Source: a phage
Sequence record: PZ386972.1
Length of the DNA stretch: 64,000 bases
Reading direction: 5' to 3' (one strand)
In this document: one piece after another, positions 44,605 to 53,643 of the stretch
Layout: each line of letters starts with the position of its first letter
How positions within the stretch are numbered: position 1 is the stretch's first letter
Notes under the pieces: model-generated
The model's input: the letters and a program-made list of their open reading frames with translations, nothing else
What the model was told of the DNA's origin: nothing
The model's database searches: none
Position numbers and translations under genes: made by a program

Positions 44605-44973
44605 ATGAAAGCATATCAAAATCTTAAATCTGGCGTAATTAACCTTGTTCATGAAAATCAGATTATTCAGCTATACTCCGACAACGGTGAACTTAAACAG
44701 AAAGTTCTAGTTGAAGATCTAGAAGGTATCACACCACAATTCGATCCCGAAGCCTTCCGTGAAGTCAAAGTGGAAGTCGCCCCTCAAATCGAAGGTGGTC
44801 AGCACCTAAATGTCAATGTGTTAAGCCGTGATCAGCTTTTGGATGCGCAGAAACATCCTGAAAAATATCCTCAGTTGACCATCCGTGTCTCTGGCTACGC
44901 TGTTCGATTTAACGCACTGACTCGTGAACAACAGAACGACGTTATTAGTCGTACATTTACTCAGGCGATGTAA
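44605..44973 (+). CDS. grcA: GrcA/YfiD-like autonomous glycyl radical cofactor
   Basis: 122 aa; [11 protein letters not shown]...[21 protein letters not shown]...[11 protein letters not shown] closely matches the GrcA family and its RVSGY glycyl-radical motif. Confidence 0.75.
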   Translation: MKAYQNLKSGVINLVHENQIIQLYSDNGELKQKVLVEDLEGITPQFDPEAFREVKVEVAPQIEGGQHLNVNVLSRDQLLDAQKHPEKYPQLTIRVSGYAVRFNALTREQQNDVISRTFTQAM

Positions 44974-45054
44974 TGGGGTTTGGGTACGATTTCTCCGAAC
45001 TACGTGAGGTAGTCGAGCAAACTCCATTTATCTCCCAAGTTTTAGGAGAAATGT

Positions 45055-45369
45055 GTGGATCGAGCATTAAGACGCCATCACCGGCAACGTGTGAAGAACA
45101 ACCGCAGGAAGTATTGGACAGTCTTCCCACATGAAGAAAGCCCTAAGCGGTTAGGTATTATCACTACTACTCCTTGCATCTGTTCTTGTTGGATGTGTGG
45201 GAACCCTCGCAAATACTATAAGAATAGTAAAGCAGGCATGAAAATTTCGGAGATTAGAAAAATGGAAGCAATGATTATGGGCATCTCAAATGATGAATTT
45301 GATGGCTTTGTAGGATTCGGAGAAGGAATCAGCTCAAGCTGTTTCGAAGATGAACGCCCCGATCTGTGA
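45055..45369 (+). CDS. hypothetical Arg-rich protein (104 aa, GTG start)
   Basis: ORF track; an alternative 52-aa ORF at 44973..45131 in another frame is equally plausible. Confidence 0.3.
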   Translation: MDRALRRHHRQRVKNNRRKYWTVFPHEESPKRLGIITTTPCICSCWMCGNPRKYYKNSKAGMKISEIRKMEAMIMGISNDEFDGFVGFGEGISSSCFEDERPDL

Positions 45370-45380
45370 TTAATAACAAA

Positions 45381-45414
45381 CCCCAGCTATTGAATAAGTA
45401 GTCTGGGGTTTTTC
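45381..45414 (+). terminator. rho-independent terminator
   Basis: Stem CCCCAG/CTGGGG followed by TTTTTCT. Confidence 0.55.
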
Positions 45415-45490
45415 TGTATATAGGTAAATAATTTATGTATAACAAAATTCATCCACATTAGGTTAATTTAAAAGACTTAATGGAGGTAAT

Positions 45491-45838
45491 ATGAGCCGTA
45501 CTTATCGTAAACAATCTGGTGATCAGTGGTGGAAGTCTAAAGAACAATTCTCTCAAGAATATTCTTTCTTCAAAGAAAATGGCTACTGGATTCGTGTTAT
45601 TTATGCTAAATCCTGGGATGATATAAGACAGGAAATGAAGGAAGCAACCATTCGTAATGAGAAAAAGGATGGTTATAACTGGAATTCTATTAGTAAGAAT
45701 GTTAAGTGGCATTCTAATAAAATGGTTCGTCAAGGGAATCGTCAAGAACTCCACCGCGTGATGAAAGATCCAGAAAATTACGACTATAATCGCGATCATG
45801 ACATGCGTAAGCGTGGATTATGGTGGTGCTATGACTAA
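45491..45838 (+). CDS. hypothetical Trp-rich protein (115 aa)
   Basis: ORF track; GGAGG RBS; preferred over the antisense ORF 45458..45799. Confidence 0.45.
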   Translation: MSRTYRKQSGDQWWKSKEQFSQEYSFFKENGYWIRVIYAKSWDDIRQEMKEATIRNEKKDGYNWNSISKNVKWHSNKMVRQGNRQELHRVMKDPENYDYNRDHDMRKRGLWWCYD

Positions 45839-45855
45839 ATTCTGAAATAATTCAT

Positions 45856-45884
45856 TTGCTAAACCTCTCTTTTCTTGATATAAT
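45856..45884 (+). promoter_or_regulatory. early promoter
   Basis: TTGCTA 45856-45861, TATAAT 45879-45884. Confidence 0.6.
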
Positions 45885-45914
45885 ATATTTATAAATTGAT
45901 GAGAGAGGTTTGAA

Positions 45915-46196
45915 ATGAAAAATCGCCTAGACTGTGCTGTTCATGTTCTTGAACATGATGTTGTGGGAACCTGTATGTCTTACCATGAAGCAGGTCGTTT
46001 AATTAAAGAACGTGTGGCAGATGTGTGCGGGTTGAAGATTACTGCTGAGGAAGCTGATGATCTCTTAGGTCAAGCACTGGAGAAAACCGAAATGTTCCTC
46101 TGCGATTCTTGTTCTTGGTGGTGTGAAGCTCACGAACGTTCTTTCAACGATTATGATGTATGTCGTGATTGTAGCGGGGAGGATGAAGATGAATAA
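45915..46196 (+). CDS. hypothetical Cys-rich protein (93 aa)
   Basis: ORF track; CDSCSWWC...CRDCSG. Confidence 0.45.
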   Translation: MKNRLDCAVHVLEHDVVGTCMSYHEAGRLIKERVADVCGLKITAEEADDLLGQALEKTEMFLCDSCSWWCEAHERSFNDYDVCRDCSGEDEDE

Positions 46197-46488
46197 GTTT
46201 ATTATTGCACTGATGATCTCCGCAGTTAGTTTCGGTTCTCTGGCATCTACCAAAGTTTCTATGAAAAATGGTAATGTTAAAGTCCAACAGAACGGCATTA
46301 TTACTGAATATGGTAAAGTTCGTGATGTTAAGGAACGTAATGGTAAAGTAGAAATATATACTAATAAAAACTTCTCTACTCCAGCCGTTACTATTAGCAA
46401 ACGCGGTGAAATAACCACTCAACGTACTAATAGCTCTAGTTCTTTTACTTGTCGTTATGATTGCGACTTTGAAGGTGAAGATGAATAA
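46189..46488 (+). CDS. hypothetical exported protein with signal peptide (99 aa)
   Basis: ORF track 46123..46488, start moved to ATG 46189 after GGGGAGG; N-terminus MNKFIIALMISAVSFGSLAS. Confidence 0.4.
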   Translation: MNKFIIALMISAVSFGSLASTKVSMKNGNVKVQQNGIITEYGKVRDVKERNGKVEIYTNKNFSTPAVTISKRGEITTQRTNSSSSFTCRYDCDFEGEDE

Positions 46489-46900
46489 TTTAGACCCTAG
46501 AATTAAATTTGCAATTACAGAAATCCAAGATCAAATTGATGAGGACTTCACTGTTTGGTCAAGGTCTGGTAATGGAGAATATTGCCAGCTTTATAGCATG
46601 AAAATGGGTATCTCAATTGAGCTTAATATCAACTCTGAAGGTAGAGTAGAAGCCCAACCCATGTTCAGTGTTCCAGGCTTCTCTGGATTTGTTTCAGGTA
46701 TAAAATTGTGTCTACCAAATAACCATCTTCATCGAGTTATTTGTCAGCTAGAGACTATCAAGCATTTCTTGCCAGAAGATAACATTAATGACTACTACCA
46801 CGAAGTTATAGCAGCTCATATGATGAAAGAATGTAAACGTCGGAGAGAAGAACGTGAAAAGGCTAAACATCAACAGCACGGTGCAGATTCCAGCAACTAA
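46481..46900 (+). CDS. hypothetical protein (139 aa)
   Basis: ORF track 46457..46900, start moved to ATG 46481. Confidence 0.4.
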   Translation: MNNLDPRIKFAITEIQDQIDEDFTVWSRSGNGEYCQLYSMKMGISIELNINSEGRVEAQPMFSVPGFSGFVSGIKLCLPNNHLHRVICQLETIKHFLPEDNINDYYHEVIAAHMMKECKRRREEREKAKHQQHGADSSN

Positions 46901-47150
46901 GGATATTTTAACATTCCTACGTAGTGAGAATACCCAGTTTTGGCATGACTATATTCAGGAAAATAAAAATAATCCAGATATAGTTGCTTTTGCCAAGAAA
47001 CGTATTGGGGAGTATAAAGATCCAGAGATTAAAGATGGGATGATTACTATGCAGTTATGGATAGCTATGAAAACCTTTGGACCCACTATGAGTCTAGGAT
47101 TTACTCCACTGTTTACTGATATTCTAATTAATGAAAAGGATCTGAAATGA
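46854..47150 (+). CDS. hypothetical protein (98 aa, non-ATG start)
   Basis: ORF track only; overlaps the upstream gene end. Confidence 0.3.
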   Translation: MKRLNINSTVQIPATKDILTFLRSENTQFWHDYIQENKNNPDIVAFAKKRIGEYKDPEIKDGMITMQLWIAMKTFGPTMSLGFTPLFTDILINEKDLK

Positions 47151-47431
47151 TTATCTCTCCCTTTGCTCTTTGGTTCGTCATCGGGTCTGTGGTTGCTATT
47201 TACAGCTTGATTGATGATCTATATATTTCTAAGAATAAAGATGTAATATTATACGTTATACATAAAACCCGACCATTAGACCTACCACCTCTTGATGATA
47301 AAACATTACTCAGGTGTGCTAGATCTATGATATTTATTATGGATATTCTTTTAGGGCCAGCATCTGTACTTTTCTTTTATAGAAAAACTCGTAATATGAA
47401 AAAGTTTAAAGCTGAAATGCGGAATATTTAA
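47147..47431 (+). CDS. hypothetical membrane protein (94 aa)
   Basis: ORF track; hydrophobic N-terminus. Confidence 0.4.
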   Translation: MIISPFALWFVIGSVVAIYSLIDDLYISKNKDVILYVIHKTRPLDLPPLDDKTLLRCARSMIFIMDILLGPASVLFFYRKTRNMKKFKAEMRNI

Positions 47432-47541
47432 AGAACTCGCGTAGGACCGAGTTGCGTCACCTGCAACTGTTACGGATAAGGGAGTCGTGCCCCTTAGTGC
47501 GGTAAGTGGTGAGGTGGCTGCTAGCCATAACTGGAGATGAT

Positions 47542-47886
47542 ATGACTATATTACTAATTCTTGTTACAACTTGGTTTTTAATTGGTGCTGGATATGCGAT
47601 AGCTATTATTAGACATTTGGACGAATATTCTGCTGAATGGTTTGTTAAGTATCTACGTATTGATGATCAGGAACATGAATTTAAGGATGAAAAGCAGAAA
47701 AAGGCAGTAGAGAAAATGACAGGCAAAGAATGTTTATTCTACATGCGTATTGTAGGATTCTTTGGGTTATTAATTGCTGGCCCAATTGGTTCTACTATTG
47801 CTCCGTACAAAGAAACAGTTGCTGACATCAAATTATGGAGAAATGCAGGGGTACTACGCAAAGCTAGAGAAACTAATATCACATAA
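47542..47886 (+). CDS. hypothetical membrane protein (114 aa)
   Basis: ORF track 47506..47886, start moved to ATG 47542 after GGAG; two hydrophobic segments. Confidence 0.4.
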   Translation: MTILLILVTTWFLIGAGYAIAIIRHLDEYSAEWFVKYLRIDDQEHEFKDEKQKKAVEKMTGKECLFYMRIVGFFGLLIAGPIGSTIAPYKETVADIKLWRNAGVLRKARETNIT

Positions 47887-47980
47887 GATTGACACTAAGT
47901 CAACTTACTAGCAAAAGCAAATAATGACAAAGCCCAGCCTGCACTTTTGCGACTGGGCTATTTTTGTAATAAAATTTTAG

Positions 47981-48009
47981 TTGCATAGATGCCCGAACTT
48001 TTGTATAAT
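47981..48009 (+). promoter_or_regulatory. early promoter
   Basis: TTGCAT 47981-47986, TATAAT 48004-48009. Confidence 0.55.
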
Positions 48010-48040
48010 ATATTCATAGATTGAGGCAAGAGGATTAAAT

Positions 48041-48739
48041 ATGAGGATTATTTCTAAATTCGCAGATGTATATGATTTGCAGAACAGTTTGTTTGATCCC
48101 GATCGTGTTTGGGAGCGTAAAACTGAAGAGTTACTGGTTAAAGTAACTGATGATGCAGAAAAGAACATCGTGCATAGTCGCCAGGTATTTCGTGAAGATT
48201 CACTATCTTTCCGTGGAGACTTCGAATACTTTGTAAATCCATTGTTCGTTGCAGGTGAAGTTTACTGGTTACACGAGCTGTACTGCTGGCATCCAGAGTT
48301 TAGCTTCAAAACGTTCGACCTCGACACTATGTTCGATAAAATGGAAGAGATGGGATTGCATGCTCGCTCTTACTTAATGGATAAGAGTCGTGGAGATGTT
48401 CGTGAAACAATGCGTGATTTGCTCGTTGAAGCAAAACCTAAAGCAGAACGTATCTTGTCCGAACTGCGTGTACCGATTGCATATGTGAAAGGTATCAAGA
48501 AGAACGATAACGATGATGTTCGTAACTTCGTGATTCAGACTAACATTCGTTTCCATCAGTCAGGTATTCCGTGGCAGGAAATTGAAAGTAACTTATACCG
48601 TTTACACCAAGTTCTCGAACAGTATATCTTCGGTGTACTAGGAACTGGTGAGCCTGATATGATTAAAGTATCAGATAAAGATAGGTTAGCAGCGCATGGA
48701 TTTGATACAAAAACTTCTTTCAGGAATATGGCATGGTAA
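48041..48739 (+). CDS. hypothetical protein (232 aa)
   Basis: ORF track; AGGATTAAAT RBS. Confidence 0.5.
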   Translation: MRIISKFADVYDLQNSLFDPDRVWERKTEELLVKVTDDAEKNIVHSRQVFREDSLSFRGDFEYFVNPLFVAGEVYWLHELYCWHPEFSFKTFDLDTMFDKMEEMGLHARSYLMDKSRGDVRETMRDLLVEAKPKAERILSELRVPIAYVKGIKKNDNDDVRNFVIQTNIRFHQSGIPWQEIESNLYRLHQVLEQYIFGVLGTGEPDMIKVSDKDRLAAHGFDTKTSFRNMAW

Positions 48740-49145
48740 GTGGTATATCCTGGGAGCAGGTCTAGCGATAGGCATCGGATTCGGTGCTTATCACTTAGTA
48801 GATAAAGTGGAGACTTTAGCGGGAGATCTTGCAGTAGCTACTAAAAAGATCTCTTCTCTAGAGACTTCCCTTAATAAGGTGAAAGCTGAAAGCGAACTTC
48901 GTGAGACTAGAATGAATCAGTATTTCACGATGAATAATATTTCTCAAGCAGATCTAGACAAAAAGATTAAGCAGCTAGATAAAGCTCTTAGTCGTCAAGA
49001 TGTTATCGCTGCAAAACCTGGATTGGTAACATTAATTGCTAAAAAGCAGAATAAAGAGTTCGAGGAAAGATTAGCGTGTTTAACTGGAAACTTGGAGTAC
49101 TGCTCGCAGCCACAATCACAATCACAGGCTGTGCAGAAGAAATAA
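48696..49145 (+). CDS. i-spanin-like protein (N-terminal TM anchor plus coiled coil)
   Basis: 149 aa; TM WYILGAGLAIGIGFGAYHL; coiled-coil body; C-terminal Cys residues. Confidence 0.4.
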   Translation: MDLIQKLLSGIWHGKWYILGAGLAIGIGFGAYHLVDKVETLAGDLAVATKKISSLETSLNKVKAESELRETRMNQYFTMNNISQADLDKKIKQLDKALSRQDVIAAKPGLVTLIAKKQNKEFEERLACLTGNLEYCSQPQSQSQAVQKK

Positions 49146-49429
49146 AACCAGAGCCATCTCATGAGTTAAAGCAAGCTCATGTAGATTGGCCTAAAGGACT
49201 TCAACCTTGTAGCTTTGACTTTAAATTTGAAAAGAAATTAGCTACAAATGGGGAAGATGGCGTAGTAGTTGTTATACCATACAAAGATTGGAATGCAAAA
49301 GCAAAATGTGAGGAAGCAGTTTACTCTTACATTTCACGACTGACTGGTATGGTCTGCTTTTATCGTCAAGATTTACAAGAAAAACGTTGCTTAGTTTACT
49401 ATCCACCAATTAACAATAGGAAAGATTAA
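49076..49429 (+). CDS. o-spanin-like outer-membrane lipoprotein, start overlapping the i-spanin-like gene
   Basis: GTG start after GAGGA; lipoprotein signal with lipobox ITGC (MFNWKLGVLLAATITITGC). Confidence 0.45.
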   Translation: MFNWKLGVLLAATITITGCAEEIKPEPSHELKQAHVDWPKGLQPCSFDFKFEKKLATNGEDGVVVVIPYKDWNAKAKCEEAVYSYISRLTGMVCFYRQDLQEKRCLVYYPPINNRKD

Positions 49430-50181
49430 TGTCAGTATTAGTCGGTTTACATGGTGAAGCTGGTTCGGGAAAAGATACCGTTGCAAAATTAATTATCGAT
49501 TGGTGTAATGACACGTATCCAACGTGTTTATCTCGTCGTTATAGTTTTGCTAAGCCCGTTTATGAACTTGCATCCGTAATCCTCGGTGTAACTCCAGAGT
49601 TTCTAGGAGAGCGCAGGGGGAAAGAGATTGACCAATGGTTTACGGTCACACAATCTCAGTTGGAACGAGCCAGGGATGTGTGGTTTAAGTACGGTATCGA
49701 TAAGTTTGAAGACTTCTCGTACGTTTGGCCTATTTTTGAGGAAAAATATCTTAATCCTCAACAACTTATCTCAGAGAATAAAGAAGACGGACTTTATAGT
49801 TTATTTATTTCTCCGAGAAAAATGTTACAGCTCGTAGGGACAGAGCTAGGAAGGCAGCTGGTGCATGAACGCATTTGGCTCATAATTCTGGAGCAATCCA
49901 TCGCTAAAGACGACCCAGACGTCGCCGTAATAACAGATGTTAGATTCCCCAATGAAGGAGAGCTACTCAGAGAAACAAACCATTTAGATATGGATTCTTT
50001 GATAGTAAATGTAGTACCCGCTGAGCAGAAGTTTACTATTAAATCAGATCATCCATCTGAAAGTGGTATTCCTGCAAAATATATTACCCACGAATTAGTT
50101 AATAAATTCGATGGTATCAATAACCTTAAACTAGAAGTTTATAACTTCTGTGACTTAGAGCTAGAACCACTAGTTGAATAA
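49429..50181 (+). CDS. deoxynucleoside monophosphate kinase-like protein
   Basis: 250 aa; N-terminal P-loop LHGEAGSGKDT as in phage dNMP kinases. Confidence 0.55.
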   Translation: MSVLVGLHGEAGSGKDTVAKLIIDWCNDTYPTCLSRRYSFAKPVYELASVILGVTPEFLGERRGKEIDQWFTVTQSQLERARDVWFKYGIDKFEDFSYVWPIFEEKYLNPQQLISENKEDGLYSLFISPRKMLQLVGTELGRQLVHERIWLIILEQSIAKDDPDVAVITDVRFPNEGELLRETNHLDMDSLIVNVVPAEQKFTIKSDHPSESGIPAKYITHELVNKFDGINNLKLEVYNFCDLELEPLVE

Positions 50182-50193
50182 TCAAGGATCGCT

Positions 50194-50793
50194 ATGACTA
50201 ATAAAAAAGAAGAAAAGACTAACCTGTTTCACTCCATTCGCCAATCTAATGAGTATACCTTTTTCTTTGATGAAGAATTAGGCCCGCCGGATGAATACCG
50301 TGATTTATCAATGGTACTTATGCAGGCAAATGAGGACGACGAAATTAATCTGATGATTAATGGCCCGGGTGGTTATGTTGATACTGCTGCACAGTTATCT
50401 AACTTAATTGCTAATTGCCGTGGAACAGTTATAGGACATCTGGTTGGTCCTAGTGCTTCTGCTTACTGCACAATTTTCCTATCCTGTCATGGATGGGTGG
50501 TACATCCACATGCTACGCTAATGGGACACACGTTCTCTGGCGGATTCTGTGAGAAAGGTCAAGAAATCAAGAAAGCCTATGAATCTTACAACAAGTTCGT
50601 AGAAGATATGATGCTAGATGTCTACTATCCGTTCTTCTCAATAGATGAAATCGACGAGATGGTAAAAGACAACAAAAATATCTATCTAGATAGCAAGGAA
50701 ATCCATAAGCGTATTGAAATCTTGGCAAAATATCGATCTGAGCAATATAATAAAGCCCATTTACCTAAATCCGAGAAGCACAACGAAGAGTAA
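50194..50793 (+). CDS. ClpP-like (S14-fold) protease family protein
   Basis: 199 aa; INLMINGPGGYV resembles the ClpP YINSPGG motif; downstream Ser and His in register. Confidence 0.45.
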   Translation: MTNKKEEKTNLFHSIRQSNEYTFFFDEELGPPDEYRDLSMVLMQANEDDEINLMINGPGGYVDTAAQLSNLIANCRGTVIGHLVGPSASAYCTIFLSCHGWVVHPHATLMGHTFSGGFCEKGQEIKKAYESYNKFVEDMMLDVYYPFFSIDEIDEMVKDNKNIYLDSKEIHKRIEILAKYRSEQYNKAHLPKSEKHNEE

Positions 50794-50803
50794 GTAATTT
50801 TAA

Positions 50804-50833
50804 GCCAGGGTTTAACGACCCTGGCTTTTCTTT
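50804..50833 (+). terminator. rho-independent terminator
   Basis: Hairpin GCCAGGGTTTAACGACCCTGGC followed by a T-run. Confidence 0.6.
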
Positions 50834-50896
50834 TATCTAAAATTCTTCTTGACAACGACAAAATTTTATGCTCCAGAAGTGATCTTTAAAAACACA

Positions 50897-50925
50897 TTGT
50901 AATTTTCCTCCAAAATTAGTATAAT
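50897..50925 (+). promoter_or_regulatory. promoter (TTGTAA, 17 bp, TATAAT) for the holin-endolysin operon
   Basis: -35 at 50897-50902, -10 at 50920-50925; an additional TTGACA at 50849-50854. Confidence 0.5.
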
Positions 50926-50949
50926 GGTAATGGTTAGAGGAGGTTACAA

Positions 50950-51606
50950 TTGGAAAAGTTCTTACAATTATTAACAGTACTGCTCCAAGAAGCGAAAGAT
51001 CCAGCATCGCTTCTTAAACGTCTGCTAACTATCTTAGTTGCTGTCATTATTTTCTTATTTGTTAGTAATACTAGCGAGGTGATGTCATTCTTAAAGACTT
51101 TCTCCACGTCTGCGGTTCTACAGGATGTTCAAACTCAAAGGATAGATAACTTTCCCAATGTAGCTAGAGAAAAGAGCATGGTACTCTTTTCTCAAACGGG
51201 TGCGGATGCTGTTTTTGTCGTCAAGTATAAACCCGATGCCATTAATGATTATTCTAACATTATTGCATGGGAAAGCAATGCGCAATTAGATAGGGCTGAC
51301 TTGGCCGATAAAGCGGTAAATAAAACGTCTGAGCTATATAGACGTCACTTGGAAGGCTTTAACTACGCATCGGATTTAAGTGTAAAAGTAAATAAATACA
51401 TGGGGTTAAATATACCTGCGTTTAAGAACGTTACTTTTAATTACATATACACTTGTCCGTATTTCAATCTAAACAATATCTATGCTGGATATATTGGTAT
51501 TGCTTGGAAAGATAATCCTGTAGATGCGGCCGATTCTGAGAAATTTAACGAGTATTTAACAAAGCTCTGTTCTCCACAACAGAGATCTTTAGGTAGATCA
51601 ATATGA
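50950..51606 (+). CDS. holin-like membrane protein
   Basis: 218 aa; strong TM segment LLTILVAVIIFLFV; immediately upstream of and overlapping the endolysin. Confidence 0.5.
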   Translation: MEKFLQLLTVLLQEAKDPASLLKRLLTILVAVIIFLFVSNTSEVMSFLKTFSTSAVLQDVQTQRIDNFPNVAREKSMVLFSQTGADAVFVVKYKPDAINDYSNIIAWESNAQLDRADLADKAVNKTSELYRRHLEGFNYASDLSVKVNKYMGLNIPAFKNVTFNYIYTCPYFNLNNIYAGYIGIAWKDNPVDAADSEKFNEYLTKLCSPQQRSLGRSI

Positions 51607-52016
51607 GTTTTAAATTTGGTAAAAATAGCGAAAAACAATTAGCTACCGTTAAGCCAGAGCTACAAAAAGTAGCTCGTAGAGCTTTAGAATTATCTCCATA
51701 TGATTTCACGATCGTACAGGGTATTCGTACAGTAGCACAAAGTGCCCAGAATATTGCTAATGGTACTTCATTTTTAAAAGATCCTAGTAAAAGCAAGCAT
51801 ATTACTGGGGATGCCCTTGATTTTGCTCCATACATTAATGGCAAAATTGATTGGAATGATTTAGAAGCATTTTGGGCAGTTAAAAAGGCTTTTGAACAAG
51901 CTGGTAAAGAACTGGGCATTAAACTTCGTTTTGGTGCTGATTGGAATGCTTCGGGAGATTATCACGACGAAATAAAACGTGGTACCTATGATGGTGGTCA
52001 TGTCGAACTAGTTTAA
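51603..52016 (+). CDS. endolysin, L-alanyl-D-glutamate peptidase (peptidase M15-like)
   Basis: 137 aa; HITGDALDFAP...DWNASGDYHDE...GGHVELV zinc-peptidase motifs. Confidence 0.8.
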   Translation: MSFKFGKNSEKQLATVKPELQKVARRALELSPYDFTIVQGIRTVAQSAQNIANGTSFLKDPSKSKHITGDALDFAPYINGKIDWNDLEAFWAVKKAFEQAGKELGIKLRFGADWNASGDYHDEIKRGTYDGGHVELV

Positions 52017-52026
52017 TTAATAACTG

Positions 52027-52050
52027 AGGCGGGGATATTCCCGCCTTTTT
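52027..52050 (+). terminator. rho-independent terminator after the endolysin
   Basis: Hairpin AGGCGGGGATATTCCCGCCT followed by TTTTT. Confidence 0.65.
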
Positions 52051-52093
52051 AGGCAAAGGGGGCTTTAATAATTTTTGAAGATAGGAGAAAGCC

Positions 52094-52510
52094 ATGTTTG
52101 CAGAACTATTCACTATGATGCTGCTAGGTATCTGGAAAATAAGTCTAGTAGTATTCGTTTTAATGATAGTCTTTACTATCATTGCATTAACTACCCGAAA
52201 TAGCTTATTAATAAAGGTTATTCACGGACTAGAGTATATAATTATGGGTTCATTCGGCGTTTGTAAATGCAATTGCCATAGAGATACGAAATATTGTTGG
52301 TTATGGATGGAACTAGAGAATCCTATATCCATAGCTTTGGCTGTTTCATTCGGTATGATTCTTATGGCCCTTACTCTAGCATTAATACCTTTGATGTTAG
52401 CTGGGGGAGTTACAGCGTATTTCACCCTTTTCTCCCCGATACTTATGTACTCAATTTACCCAATAACTATGTATCTAGTTAGGAAAAAATTTATACATAC
52501 AGTAGATTAA
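52094..52510 (+). CDS. hypothetical multi-pass membrane protein (138 aa)
   Basis: ORF track; several hydrophobic segments. Confidence 0.4.
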   Translation: MFAELFTMMLLGIWKISLVVFVLMIVFTIIALTTRNSLLIKVIHGLEYIIMGSFGVCKCNCHRDTKYCWLWMELENPISIALAVSFGMILMALTLALIPLMLAGGVTAYFTLFSPILMYSIYPITMYLVRKKFIHTVD

Positions 52511-52523
52511 GATAAAAAAGTAG

Positions 52524-52552
52524 TTGACTTTTAGCCCTAGTTATTATATAAT
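52524..52552 (+). promoter_or_regulatory. promoter (TTGACT, 17 bp, TATAAT)
   Basis: -35 at 52524-52529, -10 at 52547-52552. Confidence 0.55.
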
Positions 52553-52585
52553 ATATACATAAATTAGTTAAGAGAGGTATATATT

Positions 52586-53017
52586 ATGTCTGATCGTTTC
52601 TATACTCAAATGGCGGAACATTTTCGTATACCACATTACGAGCTAAACATTGCACTCCGTGATCATGACTCTCCTGAGTACAAAAAGCTCGAAAAGAAAG
52701 CGGAAAAATCTATTGATACAAAGGTAGGTGCATCTATGTCTAAGGGCAAAAAGTTAACTCGTCTTGATCTTAATAAAATTTTAACTGAACTTTTGGGTAC
52801 TGATATTGAAGGTGCTAAATTACCGCTTCTTGTATTAGAGACTATGATTAAAAAGGTCAAAAATAAAGAATATAAGAAGGTAGAAGTGCCAGAAGGCAGA
52901 TTAAAGGCTCCTTATCAGGAAGCATTAACCGAGTGTTTGGGTGTAAATCTTGATCTGAGCACCGCAACCGTAAAAACTATGAAAAACTTCTTAGAGGCCA
53001 TTAATAACTATGAGTAA
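52586..53017 (+). CDS. hypothetical protein (143 aa)
   Basis: ORF track; GAGAGG RBS. Confidence 0.45.
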   Translation: MSDRFYTQMAEHFRIPHYELNIALRDHDSPEYKKLEKKAEKSIDTKVGASMSKGKKLTRLDLNKILTELLGTDIEGAKLPLLVLETMIKKVKNKEYKKVEVPEGRLKAPYQEALTECLGVNLDLSTATVKTMKNFLEAINNYE

Positions 53018-53300
53018 ACTAGTATATCTATTGAAAGGTTCCACTTGCAATCCTTGCAAAATGTTTGAGCCAGTATTTGATAAAGTAGTCAATGACTATA
53101 ATTTGGAAATCCATAAAGAGACTGATAACACAGAATTAATGCAGAAATTTGGTGTGCGCCAAGTTCCTGTAGTAGTTCTGGCGGATCGCTTACCTAATGG
53201 TCGAGTAGAAGCTAATCATATTCTGATTGGACGTCAGCTTCGTAAAGAAACTATGCACGAAGCTATTAAAAATTTCCTGGATGATAATCCAGAGGACTAA
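53010..53300 (+). CDS. thioredoxin/glutaredoxin-like protein
   Basis: 96 aa; CxxC active-site-like STCNPCKMF; cis-Pro-like VRQVPVVV. Confidence 0.5.
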   Translation: MSKLVYLLKGSTCNPCKMFEPVFDKVVNDYNLEIHKETDNTELMQKFGVRQVPVVVLADRLPNGRVEANHILIGRQLRKETMHEAIKNFLDDNPED

Positions 53301-53308
53301 TAAACAAA

Positions 53309-53337
53309 GCCTGATCTTAGCGGATCAGGCTTTTATT
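53309..53337 (+). terminator. rho-independent terminator
   Basis: Hairpin GCCTGATCTTAGCGGATCAGGC followed by TTTTATTTT. Confidence 0.65.
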
Positions 53338-53341
53338 TTAC

Positions 53342-53370
53342 TTGCTTTTTGCTAAAAATTTTGGTATAAT
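53342..53370 (+). promoter_or_regulatory. early promoter
   Basis: TTGCTT 53342-53347, TATAAT 53365-53370. Confidence 0.6.
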
Positions 53371-53397
53371 ATTTATATAAATTGACCGGAGGATTAA

Positions 53398-53643
53398 ATG
53401 TTAGCGGAACAGGCAAAACGTTTAGCCAGAATAAATAGAGCTGCACTTCTTAAAAGCAGAAAGAAACAATATAAGTATGTTAAAAAGAGAATAGTTTCTT
53501 CTGTGGGGATTGGAGGTTCTTTTGTACAGTTTAATCGTGATGAAATTAGTTATGAAGCTATAAAAGCCCTCTATAAAGAGGGTTATACCCTCCAACTATC
53601 TAATGATTATGGTACAACTATTTTAACTGTTATTTGGGAATAA
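53398..53643 (+). CDS. hypothetical protein (81 aa)
   Basis: ORF track; GGAGG RBS. Confidence 0.4.
   Translation: MLAEQAKRLARINRAALLKSRKKQYKYVKKRIVSSVGIGGSFVQFNRDEISYEAIKALYKEGYTLQLSNDYGTTILTVIWE

Noticed and set aside
44973-45131. Alternative 52-aa ORF translationally coupled to the grcA stop (TAATG)
   Set aside because: Not rejected outright, but not listed as a feature because it conflicts with the longer 45055..45369 frame; the sequence alone cannot decide between them.
50849-50877. Second promoter upstream of the holin using TTGACA at 50849
   Set aside because: No acceptable -10 hexamer at 16-18 bp spacing (only TTTATG); the TTGTAA/TATAAT pair at 50897-50925 is the better-supported promoter.
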